From Octopus vulgaris (lineage: Eukaryota): a DNA stretch of 64,000 nt. The stretch spans positions 7,440,001 to 7,504,000 of the forward strand of contig OX597825.1 in assembly GCA_951406725.2 (NCBI GenBank), read 5' to 3'. The position numbers were made by a program, and so were the translations under genes. How positions within the stretch are numbered: position 1 is the stretch's first letter; each line of letters begins with the position of its first letter. The notes beneath the pieces were generated by a model, which made no database searches, was not told where the DNA came from, and saw nothing but the letters and a program-made list of their open reading frames with translations. Below, piece after piece: positions 12,290 to 25,062 of the stretch.

Positions 12290-12870
12290 TTTGTGTGTTA
12301 GGGTGGCAAGTTGGAGGACGACTGTGAGGTCTTCCTTCATGACCGTAGTGCATATTTGACGTGGATATTTAGGTTGCATATCGGATGAAGCTTGTGTGTG
12401 GCAAGTTGAGGAGAAGTGAGAGATAAGTATAATTAGCAGAGAGGCTTTACATGCGAGAAATTCATTAGAAAAGAAATGGCCTTTAAGAAAACAGAGAAGA
12501 AATATCAGTGTCTTTCTTTTGTGAATGAAACTGAACAGACAACTAAGAGAAGTGGGAAGTGGGGTTAGCAGCAATGGAATGTGCTCGAAAGGGAGAAGGT
12601 TTGTAGTGGGTGTGATGTCAGGCAACAACTGTTAGTAACATCACCTCCTACAGTTTGAGAGAAATAAATATAAGATGAGCGCATAAATGAAATGTTTCGT
12701 GAGGCTGTTGGTACGAGTGGAGGGGTGGGGTGGGGGAAGATGTTGTCGTTGGTGATGGTTATGTAAACCGGTGCTGGTAGTTGAGTTGTTATGTAAGTAG
12801 AAAGATGAGGATTGCGGTCGGGCTGCTGATGGGGTGAGCGGAAGTGTAAAGGATGAATCATTACTCGCTG
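12290..12870 (-). mobile_element. Possible very old LINE fragment
   Basis: C-rich minus strand with composition like 37155-37560 and 50410-51720; no clean motif. Confidence 0.25.
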
Positions 12871-12945
12871 CTCTACTTCTCTGAGTGAATGTTTCAGAAA
12901 AAAGAAAAAAAAAAGAAGAAAAATTGCGGGTTACATTGTTGGGTG

Positions 12946-13045
12946 TGTCGTCATCATCATTATCATCATCATTATCATCGTCGTCGTCGTCATTGCAGTC
13001 AGCGACTTTGAATTCGTACTCTCCGTCGTTACCATAGTCATTATT

Positions 13046-13087
<42 letters not shown>

Positions 13088-13165
13088 GTCGTCGTCGTCG
13101 TCGTCGTCATCATCATCGCCATCGTCATCATTATCATCAACATTGTTGTCGTCGTCGTCGTCTTC
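12946..13165. repeat. Compound (CAT)n/(CGT)n trinucleotide repeat
   Basis: Direct runs. Confidence 0.95.
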
Positions 13166-13277
13166 AACAGCAAACGGCCTCTTCGTGGCTGCTCGACCTG
13201 CTAGAAGTAGTAACTAATTCTGTCTCAAATCGTGCTAGCGATTTTGGCACCTGGCTGCCTCAACCACAACGACAACG

Positions 13278-13823
13278 ACCTGATGCAGTACCAGGCAATG
13301 GCTCTCATGGCTTCTCATTTTTACTGATTTACATTGTTTTGTCTTGGTATAAAAGATGGGCTACAGCAAATATTCTGCTCAATACCACAGATTTGCTGGT
13401 CAGTTGTTTGACCTTAACTAGTTGAGCATGTCCCTTAGTAGCTGATGATATGTGCATCTCTGATCACGAGCAGAAGTAGTGGGGGAGCATCGTAGCCATG
13501 TGCTGAGAGGAATTCTTTGGGTTTGGATAATTCGCCTCTGGAAACATGGGTGTTTCCGCCAACATCTTTAAAAAATCCTTATTCAGAGACCTTTTGAGCG
13601 GGATGGGTTACTCGACCAGAAGAAAATTCTAACGGGGCCCCACCTGCAAGGTCATGTGCTGTTTATCTTGATATGAATCACCATGTCGCGCACATATGGT
13701 TGAGATGCACGTGCTTAGTGTACCCTTATCAGACGGGTAGTCGTGATGGGTATACTGGGTTTCGTATATTTTACCCAAGTGATACTTTGATGACTTGCAC
13801 TGCTCTCTCACTCAATAATAATA
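13278..13823 (+). mobile_element. Retroposon 3' region, family D, with (AAT)n tail
   Basis: 13495-13823 is the reverse complement of 31423-31737; ends in CTCAATAATAAT. Confidence 0.75.
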
Positions 13824-13931
13824 GTTTCATTTTTGGGCAGAAGTTGGGAAGACGATTACATCCACCGCAGAACTCAACTGGTTCTTGTTTTATCGAGCCC
13901 AAAAGGATGAACGGCAAAGTCAACCTAGAAG

Positions 13932-13932
<1 letters not shown>

Positions 13933-13972
<40 letters not shown>

Positions 13973-14013
13973 CAACAATCATAATAATGATAATAATAAT
14001 AATAATAATAATG

Positions 14014-14069
<56 letters not shown>
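13933..14069. repeat. (TTA)n followed by (TAA)n
   Basis: Two complementary trinucleotide runs separated by about 8 nt. Confidence 0.95.
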
Positions 14070-14070
<1 letters not shown>

Positions 14071-14635
14071 GGTATACTATCTCATATGGATGATATATTT
14101 CGGGTATTATATAAAGAGATACGTGATATCAGTAGTGAAAATAACCCGACTACTTTTAACAGAGGAAATCATGTCTAGCAAGAAAAAAGACGTGCATTTC
14201 TTTCTATACGCTAGCGTATGTATGTTTGGGTGTGGTTGAAGATACGATAAAAACCTTGTTTGTTATTATTTCTATCAGAAGTTGGTCACTGTTTTATAAT
14301 AAAGATACATTTCGGGAGTGAAATTTGCATCTATAATAACTCCGGAAAAATGTTTTTGAGTTTCTCAACTTCACATTTATTTTTTTCCACTCGAATTCTC
14401 AAATATCTTGTCTCTATCAAAAAAAAAAAAAAAGAAAAAAAAGCAAGAAAGAAAAAAGAAAAGTAAAAAATGTGAAGGAGAATCTAATCTCCCCAAAAGA
14501 AGTCTAGGATGAGGATGTCACCTTTTTTTCTTTCTATTGGTAATGTTTTGGTGTTTATTATTTGACGACTCTGAAATGCATTAACAGAAGAAAATTCGAA
14601 GTCTGGCAACCAGTCAAGAAACAAAGAAGAAATAA

Positions 14636-14671
14636 TTAGATAAAGAGATAGACAGATATATATATATATAT

Positions 14672-14705
<34 letters not shown>

Positions 14706-14810
14706 TGTGTGTGTGAGAGAGAAAGAGATAGATGATAAATAGACGGATGGATAAACAGAGAGATAAATTGATAGACAGCTAAATATCTACATATATATAT
14801 ATATATATAT

Positions 14811-14852
<42 letters not shown>

Positions 14853-14950
14853 GGAGAGATTGATAAACAGATAGTTGGGTAAATATATAGACGGCTAGTT
14901 AGATAGATGGACAGATAGATTGATAGATAGATAGGTAGGTAAATAAACAG

Positions 14951-14983
<33 letters not shown>

Positions 14984-15052
14984 GATAGATAGATGGCTAG
15001 ACAGAGAGATAAATTGATAGATAAATGGATGGACAGACAGATAGATAAATAG

Positions 15053-15101
<49 letters not shown>

Positions 15102-15310
15102 CAGAAAGGGAGAGAGAGAGAATGATAAATAGATAGATAGTTAGGTAGATATATAGATGGCTAGTTAGATAGATAAATGGACAGATCGATAGATTGATAT
15201 ATAGATAAATAAATAAACAGATAAATGGATATATATATATATATATATAGATGGCTAGTTAGATAGATAGATATGCAGTTAGGCAGATAAGAGTATAGGC
15301 AGACAGATAA
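14636..15310. repeat. Compound GATA/GA/TA microsatellite with higher-order duplication
   Basis: Blocks such as GGCTAGTTAGATAGAT recur at about 14893, 15159 and 15253. Confidence 0.85.
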
Positions 15311-15517
15311 AAAGATAGAAGGTGAATAGTTGGAGCATAAAACAAAAGAAAAGGCAAGTACAGGAGAAAAAGATGACATTTTGGAAAAAGTCCGATATTG
15401 TTTTGTAGATAGCACAGTTGAGTAAACTTAGAAAATGACAAGGGAAACCGACAGCTGTTTCTTATTTTGTCATTTTGATATTTATTATCAATGGACACAC
15501 ATACAGAATATAAAAAA

Positions 15518-15975
15518 GTAAATGGACCTTCGTCGGTTTCGACGATGAGTTGTTATATCTATTGAATTAACGCCTGAGTTAATTATATTGTAATATCAAT
15601 TTCAATTAGTATTTAATTAACATGTACACATGCACCCTTAATGCAAACCTGAGGCAAACCCAAAGGCCGTGTGACCACGCTGGACATTTCATTTACAAGT
15701 TCAATCGAACGGATAGGATTATGTCCACCAAATGTCCACTGGCAAGGTTCTTATTGATTAGTGTTCATAATGAAATAGCCAAAGGTACCATGCAGTGAAA
15801 GCGAACTTGGCGCCAAATGACTGATATTTCTTATCAATGCACACACATACGTAATACTAATAGTAAATGGATCTTCGTCGGTGTCGACAATGAGTATTCA
15901 GTTGTTATATCTACTGAATTAACACCTGAGTTAATCTTAGTGTGTGATATCAATTTTAATTAGTTTGTACATATG
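15518..15975. repeat. About 100-bp direct repeat pair (decayed SINE C-like tail)
   Basis: AGTAAATGGA.CTTCGTCGGT.TCGAC.ATGAG...GTTGTTATATCTA.TGAATTAAC.CCTGAGTTAAT at about 15518 and 15862. Confidence 0.7.
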
Positions 15976-17692
15976 TATTTAAACTTTCGACCATGCGATG
16001 CCCATATCGCACGCACGAGCACGTGTGCACGCGGAAACAAACAAACAAACGCTCACATACACACATGCGACCAGATACACACAGAAACACATTTTTTATA
16101 CATGCATACGAACACTCTTGTAGCACTTTGACATAAGAAAAGAATCTCTCGATATATTACCGATAATCGGCAGTAACTTGAGGAAGAATTAATGAGAAAC
16201 AGAGTCATTGGTATGACACGAACTCAATATTCTTGGCTCAACAATTGATTAGATGAGCAATTAGACGACATAGTGCTGGTCGTTCTGTCTCACACAAAAT
16301 ATTAGCATATCAATTGTATGGAACAATAAATACTTTGAATAGTCACAGTGGATCTGTTTTAATTTTCTGACTCAAATTGACGCTTCTTATGCGTAATATC
16401 ATTTACATTACGTTGTTGGCTGTTAATTCAGAGTAAAAGCTGTTTGGTCCGTCATTTATGGAAGATGAACAGCGTTACCCTAAACCTGAGATATTTCTTC
16501 TCGCGACAACTAACAAGATAAATTTCATGTTTGTTTTACCGTGATAAATTATGATGAGGAGGCGAAGGTTAAAATATAATGCTTTTTAAGTGATCATGCT
16601 ATCAGACACAGCATATTTTTCAAATAGAATTAATGTAAGTTTTGAATAGTATTTGAATGTTGCACAAATAACATATACAAACGTCATTAGTATACAAACC
16701 AGGAAAAAAAATTATATTCTACTTAACCGAATTCAGGAGACTGATTTATGGAAGTCGGGGACTTACCTGAAAAGATAAAGAATACAAATAGAATTTATTA
16801 TCATTGTTATTGTCATTTTTGTATGATTTAAACGATATATCAATGTTTTCGATAGTACTACAAACAATAATGGCAGGCATATAATAGAAAATTATAGACA
16901 TTATTGAATTCTGTGATCAAAATAAAATATGATTTACCGTTTCTGATATTGCCAGGATTTGGAAGTGGCCTATATCTATGAGATATCGTTAGTTAACCTT
17001 GTCATATGATTTATTGGAAGGAGGAATTGTTCATAGGGACATTAACAACATAAACGAAATGAAATAGCGGCAAAGGAAGAATGAAATTAGAGTAATAGAG
17101 TTATTTTCTACGTCAACTTGGCTCTTTAATCTAAGGCGCCTGCCTCATCTTCATTAATACGTCATTAGATGACAAGAACACATAAACACTGGAGCTCTGG
17201 CATAAATACGCAACTGGATTTCACTTTCCACGCGTTTTATGCTTCGTTCAAGTTCACTTTAATGCACGAGTTAGATAAGAATCCTGTTGAAGGGCTTTTG
17301 TTTATTACCAACTGTTGTTGTCAACAGATTAAATTTATTTGCCTTTTAGTTTAAGAAAATATTGCCTTGAGAACAGAACCAACTCCCTAATCCTAATACT
17401 GTACTTCTGGAATTGCAATTTCACACACACACACGCACGTATATATATATATATATATTATATCTCTCCCAATTATATTTTTATAGCACGAGCTTTCTCA
17501 ACCCAGAATGTAATACTAGAAACCCCACATAGAGATGTAATATATATCTCCTGCCAGTGTCAGTGATAAGTTGATGTCTATCGTTTAATGACTGCCTAGA
17601 ATTTCCAGGGCCTGAAGCATCTTGAAAATACAATGTAGTTTCATAAACGGACTATATCATATTATATATACATACGTACACATGCTTACATA

Positions 17693-17917
17693 CTGTAATC
17701 CCTTGCCATATCGCGGTACACCTATCGCGGTTTATTATTTAAACTTACGTCGTTTCCGCCGTGGTGTGGTTTTGAATTTATAATAAAATAAATATATACA
17801 AATTATAAAAACAAAACTAAAAATATACAGTACAATACTGCTTCTACTTCGCGGATTTTCACCTATCGCGGGGGGAGGTTTGAGAACGTAACACCCGCGA
17901 TACTCGAGGGATTACGG
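17693..17917. mobile_element. Tigger/pogo-like MITE (Tc1/mariner superfamily)
   Basis: TIRs CTGTAATCCCTTGCCATATCGCGG / CCGCGATACTCGAGGGATTACGG, each flanked by TA. Confidence 0.8.
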
Positions 17918-18239
17918 TATACCACATCAAGGTAAATTTTAGTTTGTTACCGTTTACTAGGTTCCACAACGAATCCAGTAAATTTATTTTGTGTGTACAA
18001 ATGTTTCTGTATCTGTGTTCTTCTCAAATATATCTATGTAAATGTATAGTCGCGGTTATAATATAGTTCTATGTGTATATATACATGTGTATATATTTGT
18101 TGATGAGAGTATTTATGTGTTCGGGTGCGGGCGGATGAGTGAGCCGATATATCTCTATAATCACGTCCGTGTAACCTTTTCTGTTATTAATCTCATGTAT
18201 GTTTGCATGTATATATGCTATATATGCTCTTATTCAGTT

Positions 18240-18778
18240 CATTTCAAGATTTCTGGCCAATAGAGAAAGAACCGGTTTCTAACCTAGATCAAAGGCTTCT
18301 TCACTGAAATTTCAACATCAACAACAGGGTATTTTTGCATGTATGTATGTACAGATATGTATGTATGCATGTATGATTGTGCAGATTTGTATGTTTTATG
18401 TATGTATTCTCATGCATAGAGTTACATATCTAGACATGCTCATTTATATTCAAATGATAAATTTCTGGAAAGTTTTACAGATTTTTACAGTTCCAGTGAT
18501 GGATTAGATCTGTAGTCTTCAAATTAGCTTCCTCCTTTCTGGTTTTGAGAAGCCTTATTTCTCAAGACTGGTATTAGGCAGTATTTTATATATCCCAGGG
18601 CCCCAATAATTACAGGTATAAACCTGAACTTGTAATCTGGATAGAGTAGGTGCAAATTTCTCAATAGTTCAGCATAGGTGTTCTCTTTTTCACTGATCTT
18701 CAGCTTTATGCTAACATCCGCTGGGCGGCTAATTTCCACGACTGTGCGCAGTTTCTCTTCTTTATCCCAAATCCTGTA
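18240..18778 (-). mobile_element. R4/Dong-like non-LTR retrotransposon 3' end (restriction-like endonuclease domain plus 3' UTR)
   Basis: IWDKEEKLRTVVEISRPADVSIKLKISEKENTYAELLRNLHLLYPDYKFRFIPVIIGALG...KICKTFQKFII with frameshift. Confidence 0.85.
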
Positions 18779-18823
18779 TTGTGTGTGTGTATGTATGTAT
18801 GTATGTATGTATGTATGTATGTA

Positions 18824-18857
<34 letters not shown>

Positions 18858-19109
18858 TACGCACGTCCGTGTGTGTTCTCGTTGTTTTGAGTTTTTAAGA
18901 AAGATTTCCCCGTGAAAAAGCACGTCTGTGTTGCAGCAATATGCTTGCATGTCTGCTTATGTGTAACCGCAGACTTTTTATTCATATTCATTGCATATAT
19001 ATTTGTGTGTATGAGTGCGATTGGTGCTTTAATTCTATGTTTATGGGTGTGTTACCCTGCGTGCTTTCGCATGCATTTCCATATGCATCAGATACACAAA
19101 AATATATTC

Positions 19110-19286
19110 ATATGTTCGCATATATATATACGTATACATATATGCACACACAGAGACATATATATATATATATATATATATTGTATACTTATATAAACGT
19201 CCATATATGTACATATGTATGTATCTGTATATACATATACATGCATAAGTACATATATATGTACTTATGCATGTGTATATACACAC

Positions 19287-19322
<36 letters not shown>

Positions 19323-19422
19323 ATCACCGTATATACATGTATATGTATATACGGATATATACATATATAACTACATATACATATATACACACGCACACAT
19401 ATATATATATATATATATACAT

Positions 19423-19458
<36 letters not shown>

Positions 19459-19510
19459 TTATATAAACACACATATATATACATATATATATTGTGTGGC
19501 CGCATGTATG
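19110..19510. repeat. Compound (TA)/(CA)/(TG) alternating purine-pyrimidine tract
   Basis: Direct; similar tracts at about 715-905, 29400-29800, 35440-35760, 42245-42510, 45838-46048 and 52912-53190. Confidence 0.9.
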
Positions 19511-22500
19511 TGTACACGCACTCATTCATGCAGCCACACAATTTTTGCGTATAGATGCACACACGAACTCCCCACACTCACAAACCTATCAAGCTAGATA
19601 CATTGCAATATTGGTGGAGCCTGCGTGTGTTGGCGTGCATGTTTCGAAAGAGAAGGGATGAAGCGGTTTGGTAAAGAAATCTTACGTAATTTGACAATTG
19701 TAGGAGATCTGAGTAATCAGAATGAAAACCTCACGATACGAACAAATAAAACAGTATCAACAACAACAACAACAGCAGGAACAAGAACAACAATAACAAC
19801 GACGACAACAACATGAACAGAAAGAACAAGAACGCTGTTAAAATCATGATCACCACCCATCCTTCATCACAACAGGAGGTGAAAATACAAAGGCTATGCT
19901 ATATAACAATATATATATATATATATATATATACATACATACGTATATATACACACATATACATATATATATATATATATATACAAACAAATACATATAT
20001 ATGTGTAGGTGTGTGTGTTTGTGTGTTGTGTGTATGCTTGTGCGTGTGAATTCCAAAGAAATAAAATTCACTGAAGCATTTTAACAATCCTTGTGTATTC
20101 ATTCGAGAGGTTTTACAGTGAATTGATGCTAGGAATTAATTCTATGGGTAAAAAAAAAATATATATAATCATCATCGTCATCATCTTCATTATCAACATC
20201 ATCATCATCGATATCATCGACATTATCATCATCACCATCGTCATCATCATCATCATCATCATCATCATCACCTTCATCTTCTGTACTAAAAGCGAGCAGT
20301 TAGGATCTAATTTATTACTTCTGTGCAGAAAATCATCATCATTAACATGATAATGATACTGATCATCCGCTCCGTACTTTCCCACTCGGCACCACCGCCA
20401 CCACATGCACCACCTCCACAATAATAACAACAACAATAATAATAATCTTCGCCGTCGTCGTCGTCGTCGTCGTCGTCATTACTATTGAAGCCAACAGATC
20501 GAATCCATTTGAAAAGAAATAATAAAAACCGATGCAAATCTCTGTAAATTCTCGTTTTTATTCAATGGGCGGTAAAGTTAGATTAATTCCAGTTGTAATA
20601 TTTCCTCATAACAAACATTTCCAATACAAACAGATCAATAACTGGTATAATAAATAAACACAAACAAACAAACACAGAAAAAGCACGAAATAAAATATTA
20701 AAACTAAAAGAAGATAAAAAGATAGAAACGTCAGTAATGGCAGAAAACAAGGCAACACATGAAATAAAAGACACCACCCAAATAAACAAGCAAAAGATAT
20801 TTACACACACACAAACACATATATACACATATTTACACATGTAAACACATTTATATGCATGCACACGCACTCACACGTTCATCCTTTTCACATACACACA
20901 AACACTAATGTAAATTGCTCAAAATCCTTTAATTGTCGAAGAGAAATGAACGAACTCCAATGGTATAAACGTTTGCAGATAAATATCACGTTAATGGAAG
21001 CGTGGAATTGACGTTAATACTCATCACACACGCATTAATAGGAGAATCGAGAAGAAAAGAAACTGAAATTATAATTATGAGAATTTTTATTTAAGAATTT
21101 ATATAAATTTTATTATTTTTTTTAAATAAGTTAAAGCTGGTTAAATGGAATTATGCTTAACTGGCTTTATTGTTTTAATTCAAACATCAATTATTAGTCT
21201 TCGCTCGGATATATTCGGCAATAAATTTAGTTTGAAATTCTGTGCTTTACAGACATTGATGTAGATCGTAAAATTGTGTTTGCTACACATTAAAGACACA
21301 CCGAGACAATTTTCGAAAGCGTTTGACCGTTAAATGCCCTTGATTGCTATGGAATGAATAAAAGGATGCATAGCAAGAAGGCGACTGGTTGGCAAACAGA
21401 AGACAGGACTCCACCAAAAATGCAACAACAGCAATTTCCAGTTGTCGGGAATTATATTTCAGCAGCAGATTAGTTGCTTTGGTTACTAGAATCCAAGGAT
21501 TTATCTTAATATTGATGGTGCCACACTACAGTGCGTCTGAAAATCACAAATCTAACATTTAAATTATTTACGATTTTTTTCTGCTTATTATGCGAAATTG
21601 CTTGAATTACGAGGATCGTTGCAGAAAAAAAAAATACCACCAAGAAAAATACAAAATCATTTAAATTCTTTTTATTTTATATCCATTTTTAAATATTATT
21701 TTAAAATAATAAAGTAAAGGCCTTTATTTTCAGTGAGACTGAGGGTTGATTTCGTGCTTCACTGTGCTCGATCTAAATATTACTTTAATCAATTATTATA
21801 AACGCTATTTTTCCTCTAATATTTTAATACTTTATTTCCAATAATTCCAAATCATATTTTACTGGAACAACTCAGTTATACTTCTCACAGCTCCGAACAA
21901 ATATTACAGAATTAAACATTTCAAAACTGGGAGTCAAAATGTAATGGTACACTGAACAGTAAGCTTCGTGTCGTCTGCCGGCAATTACGAACAATCGGTA
22001 TTTCTTTCCAATAAAAGTTTGACACTTCGGATGAAAATTTAGATGCTTTACACAACAGACCGTTCAATTGGTATCTCGAGGAATGTGATAGAAATAATGA
22101 TTTTAGTTATCAACGACCATGTAGCTGTTATAATTACTTTGAATTATTAAATTCTGTTCCTTGTGGGTTTGGGCCACATTAACAACGTCGCCCTAATTTC
22201 ACGTCTATTTTCACTAAATACATAATGAATTGCTTTCTAAATTATTAAAAACTATTCACAGAGACTTGACAAAAGAAACGTTCCAATAGACCAAGCTATG
22301 GAAGTTCACCACCATCAATAATCTCTTTGTATCTGAACTAGTTTAATCTCTATTGAAAACTTATTTACATATTTAAAGTAATAAGGAATGTGACTACGAA
22401 ACATTTATTCTTTCTAAATGACATTAGCAGTAAAGTTAGATTGAATTTCTTTCAGCACAAAATTAAAATGAGTTCCACAAATTCTGTTTATAACAAACTT

Positions 22501-22721
22501 ATATATTGAAGTCAGTGAATTATGTTATAACTTCACCCTAGCAACATACACTAAATTACAAACTCTTAATTTTTCTTAACTATTATACCTTACCAAAATA
22601 CTATTATAACAATTGTCGCCAAATTATGATGTAAAATGTCTGAAGAGTTAATATTAGCTTCGTAATTTGAACAGCGGTAGGAAAAATATAAATAACGTGA
22701 GTAATAAAAATAAAATTCATA

Positions 22722-22808
22722 ATACATACATACATACATACATATACATACATACATACATACATACATACATACATACATACATACATACATACATACA
22801 TACATACA

Positions 22809-22841
<33 letters not shown>

Positions 22842-23360
22842 GATGGCCGTCCACTCGTGACCGAGGAAAACGATTGCTGACCTTCAGGAACATTGTGCGC
22901 TCTACGACTAACTTATATTTTGCATTTGTGGTTCCGTTGGTGGCTAATGAACCTTGCTCTTGACAAGCATAAACGACTGCAAACATTGCAGACGATGTTT
23001 TCACCATTCACTACACCAGCAGTGCGATTTCGAGCAGCACACTTAAGTTCTTCATACAGAATACGTGATCTTTCAAAAGTGTCGATCCCCTCCTTAACCT
23101 GCTTCCTCCATCTGTGGCGATGACAGGCATTGCTCTTCCAGTCAGTCTCCTGCATATCGTAGGCCTTTAATGAGAACTTGACACAGTCCTTAAATCGCAG
23201 CCTTGGTTTCTGCCAGGGCCTCTTTCCTTTCACAAGTTCCCCATATAGCATCTGCTTAGGGATCTTGCTATCGTTCATTCTAATAAGGTGTCCAGTTCAA
23301 CATAACCGGCGCTTGTGCACCATCGCTTCAATACTCAAGATATCAGCTGTCCTTAGGACA
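22722..23360 (-). mobile_element. RTE-clade LINE 3' end with (TATG)n tail
   Basis: ADILSIEAMVHKRRLC*TGHLIRMNDSKIPKQMLYGELVKGKRP..KPRLRFKD...CNVCSRLC...ISHQRNH (C-terminal Zn finger), short 3' UTR, tail 22722-22840. Confidence 0.9.
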
Positions 23361-23372
23361 TACATTCACACA

Positions 23373-23585
23373 GTGGAGGCGCAATGGCCCAGCGGTTTCG
23401 GCAGCAGACTCGCGGTTTCGATCCTCAGACCGGGAATTGTGAGTGTTTATTGAGTGAAAATACCTAAAGATCCACGAGGCTCCAGCATCCAGGGGATGGT
23501 GGTGAACCCTGCTGTACTCTTTCACCACAACTTTCTCTCACTCTTTCTTCCTGTTTCTCTTGTACCTGTATTTCAAAGGGCCGTC
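23373..23585 (+). mobile_element. tRNA-headed SINE
   Basis: GGAGGCGCAATGGCCCAGCGGT (A-box-like), GGTTTCGATCCTC (B-box-like); TGTACCTGTATTTCAAAGGGCC shared with family C. Confidence 0.7.
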
Positions 23586-23616
23586 TTCCTTTTCTCTTGG
23601 ACTTTCCTCCGTCTCC

Positions 23617-23653
23617 GATTTCTGAAGAAGAGCTTTGCTCGAAACGTAAAACC
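23617..23653 (+). ncRNA. Minimal type I hammerhead ribozyme motif (PLE-type)
   Basis: GATTT-CTGAAGA-A-GAGC-TTT-GCTC-GAAA-C-GTA-AAACC; 4-bp stem II, palindromic helix III (ACGT), GUA triplet, stem I 4 of 5 paired. Confidence 0.72.
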
Positions 23654-23886
23654 ACCTTTCTTTCCTTCCCTGAGCGTCTGCTAATACTTTACATGTACCA
23701 CATCCTCGCTTGCTTGTTCTTCGTTTTTGTTAGGATTTACTATACATTATTTACATTATTTACATTTGACGGATATTTGTCCTCAACCTTTTTTTGTTAA
23801 CATAACGTTTCGGCAGATATACCCCCCGGCGTCCAACAAGTCAAATGTAAATAATGTGCATAATTCCGCATCTCTTAAATAAAGAA

Positions 23887-23961
<75 letters not shown>

Positions 23962-25027
23962 TATCCCTGAAGGAAGTCTTTGGTAGCAGGTTAAGCCAGA
24001 GACAAACATTTTCAGAAGCAAACACTAATCTCTCGATATCTTCTGCTTGTAGAGGAACAGTAAAAAAGAATTCCCACGCACTTTTTGCCTCTCTACAAGA
24101 AAACATCAGATTCATTCCGTAGTCAAAGTTGAATCAATAACCTTACTTCATGTATTTGGCACCAGATATATTCAGTGTAAACTCATTAAATTACTAATTG
24201 GATTAGATCTTAGACAATTTTGACACATAATATCAACAGTGATCACAAACTCCAACTTACTGTTACTCTAAATATAATCATAACTAGTTGCACCTTTGCG
24301 CATGGCTTTCCAAAAATACAAGAACCAGCTAACATTTTTTTTAATGAGATCTGAGCCAGTTCCGTCTGCACAATCGACAGAAATAACTTCAAACGGAACT
24401 CACTGTTTTCTTTTACTTCCGATTCAACAAACATCGAAAGCAGATTCATAATTCCAAGCATTCGTTCGTAGACGAGTCTAAATAATGAAACCCTATCCAC
24501 TATTTTTAAATGTAATATATCTTCAATCCCGCTCAGTATCTCTCTTCTCTCTCTCTTTCTCTTTCGCTCTCTTTCTCTCTCATCATCTCATTTACTCGCT
24601 CGTTCGTTTGCTAATTCATTCACTCAATTAGTCATTCCTTCACTCCCTCGCTGACACCGCCTTCCTCTACATTCTTTAATTTCTCACAAATTTTCTCTTA
24701 AATATTCTAACATTCTCTCAAGGTTTTTCACATACATTCACGTTCTCATATACAGTGACCCCCATTTTTTTAACACTTTCTGTCTGCTGGTTTCTCTCTC
24801 TTCCACTCCCCCTCTCTCTCTTTCTCGCGCATGCCCTCTCCCCTTCTCATGTATTCAACAAACTCCTTTATGTTTCAACTCCTTATGAAATAGTTGCTAG
24901 AATTTTTACTTTCCTCACGAATAATAAAAACAAAATAAAAAATGAAAATTAAAAAAATATAGAAACTCAATCTCCGATATTTTGTTTCCATTATGAAACA
25001 AAACAGGGGGCTAGACAACAACAACAA

Positions 25028-25062
<35 letters not shown>

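Noticed and set aside
12718-12737. G-quadruplex candidate
   Set aside because: Only three long G-runs, lying within a probable decayed repeat
21360-21520. Possible ancient mariner-like catalytic remnant (WLLESKDLS, similar to WPPRSPDL)
   Set aside because: Too degenerate to support without a profile search
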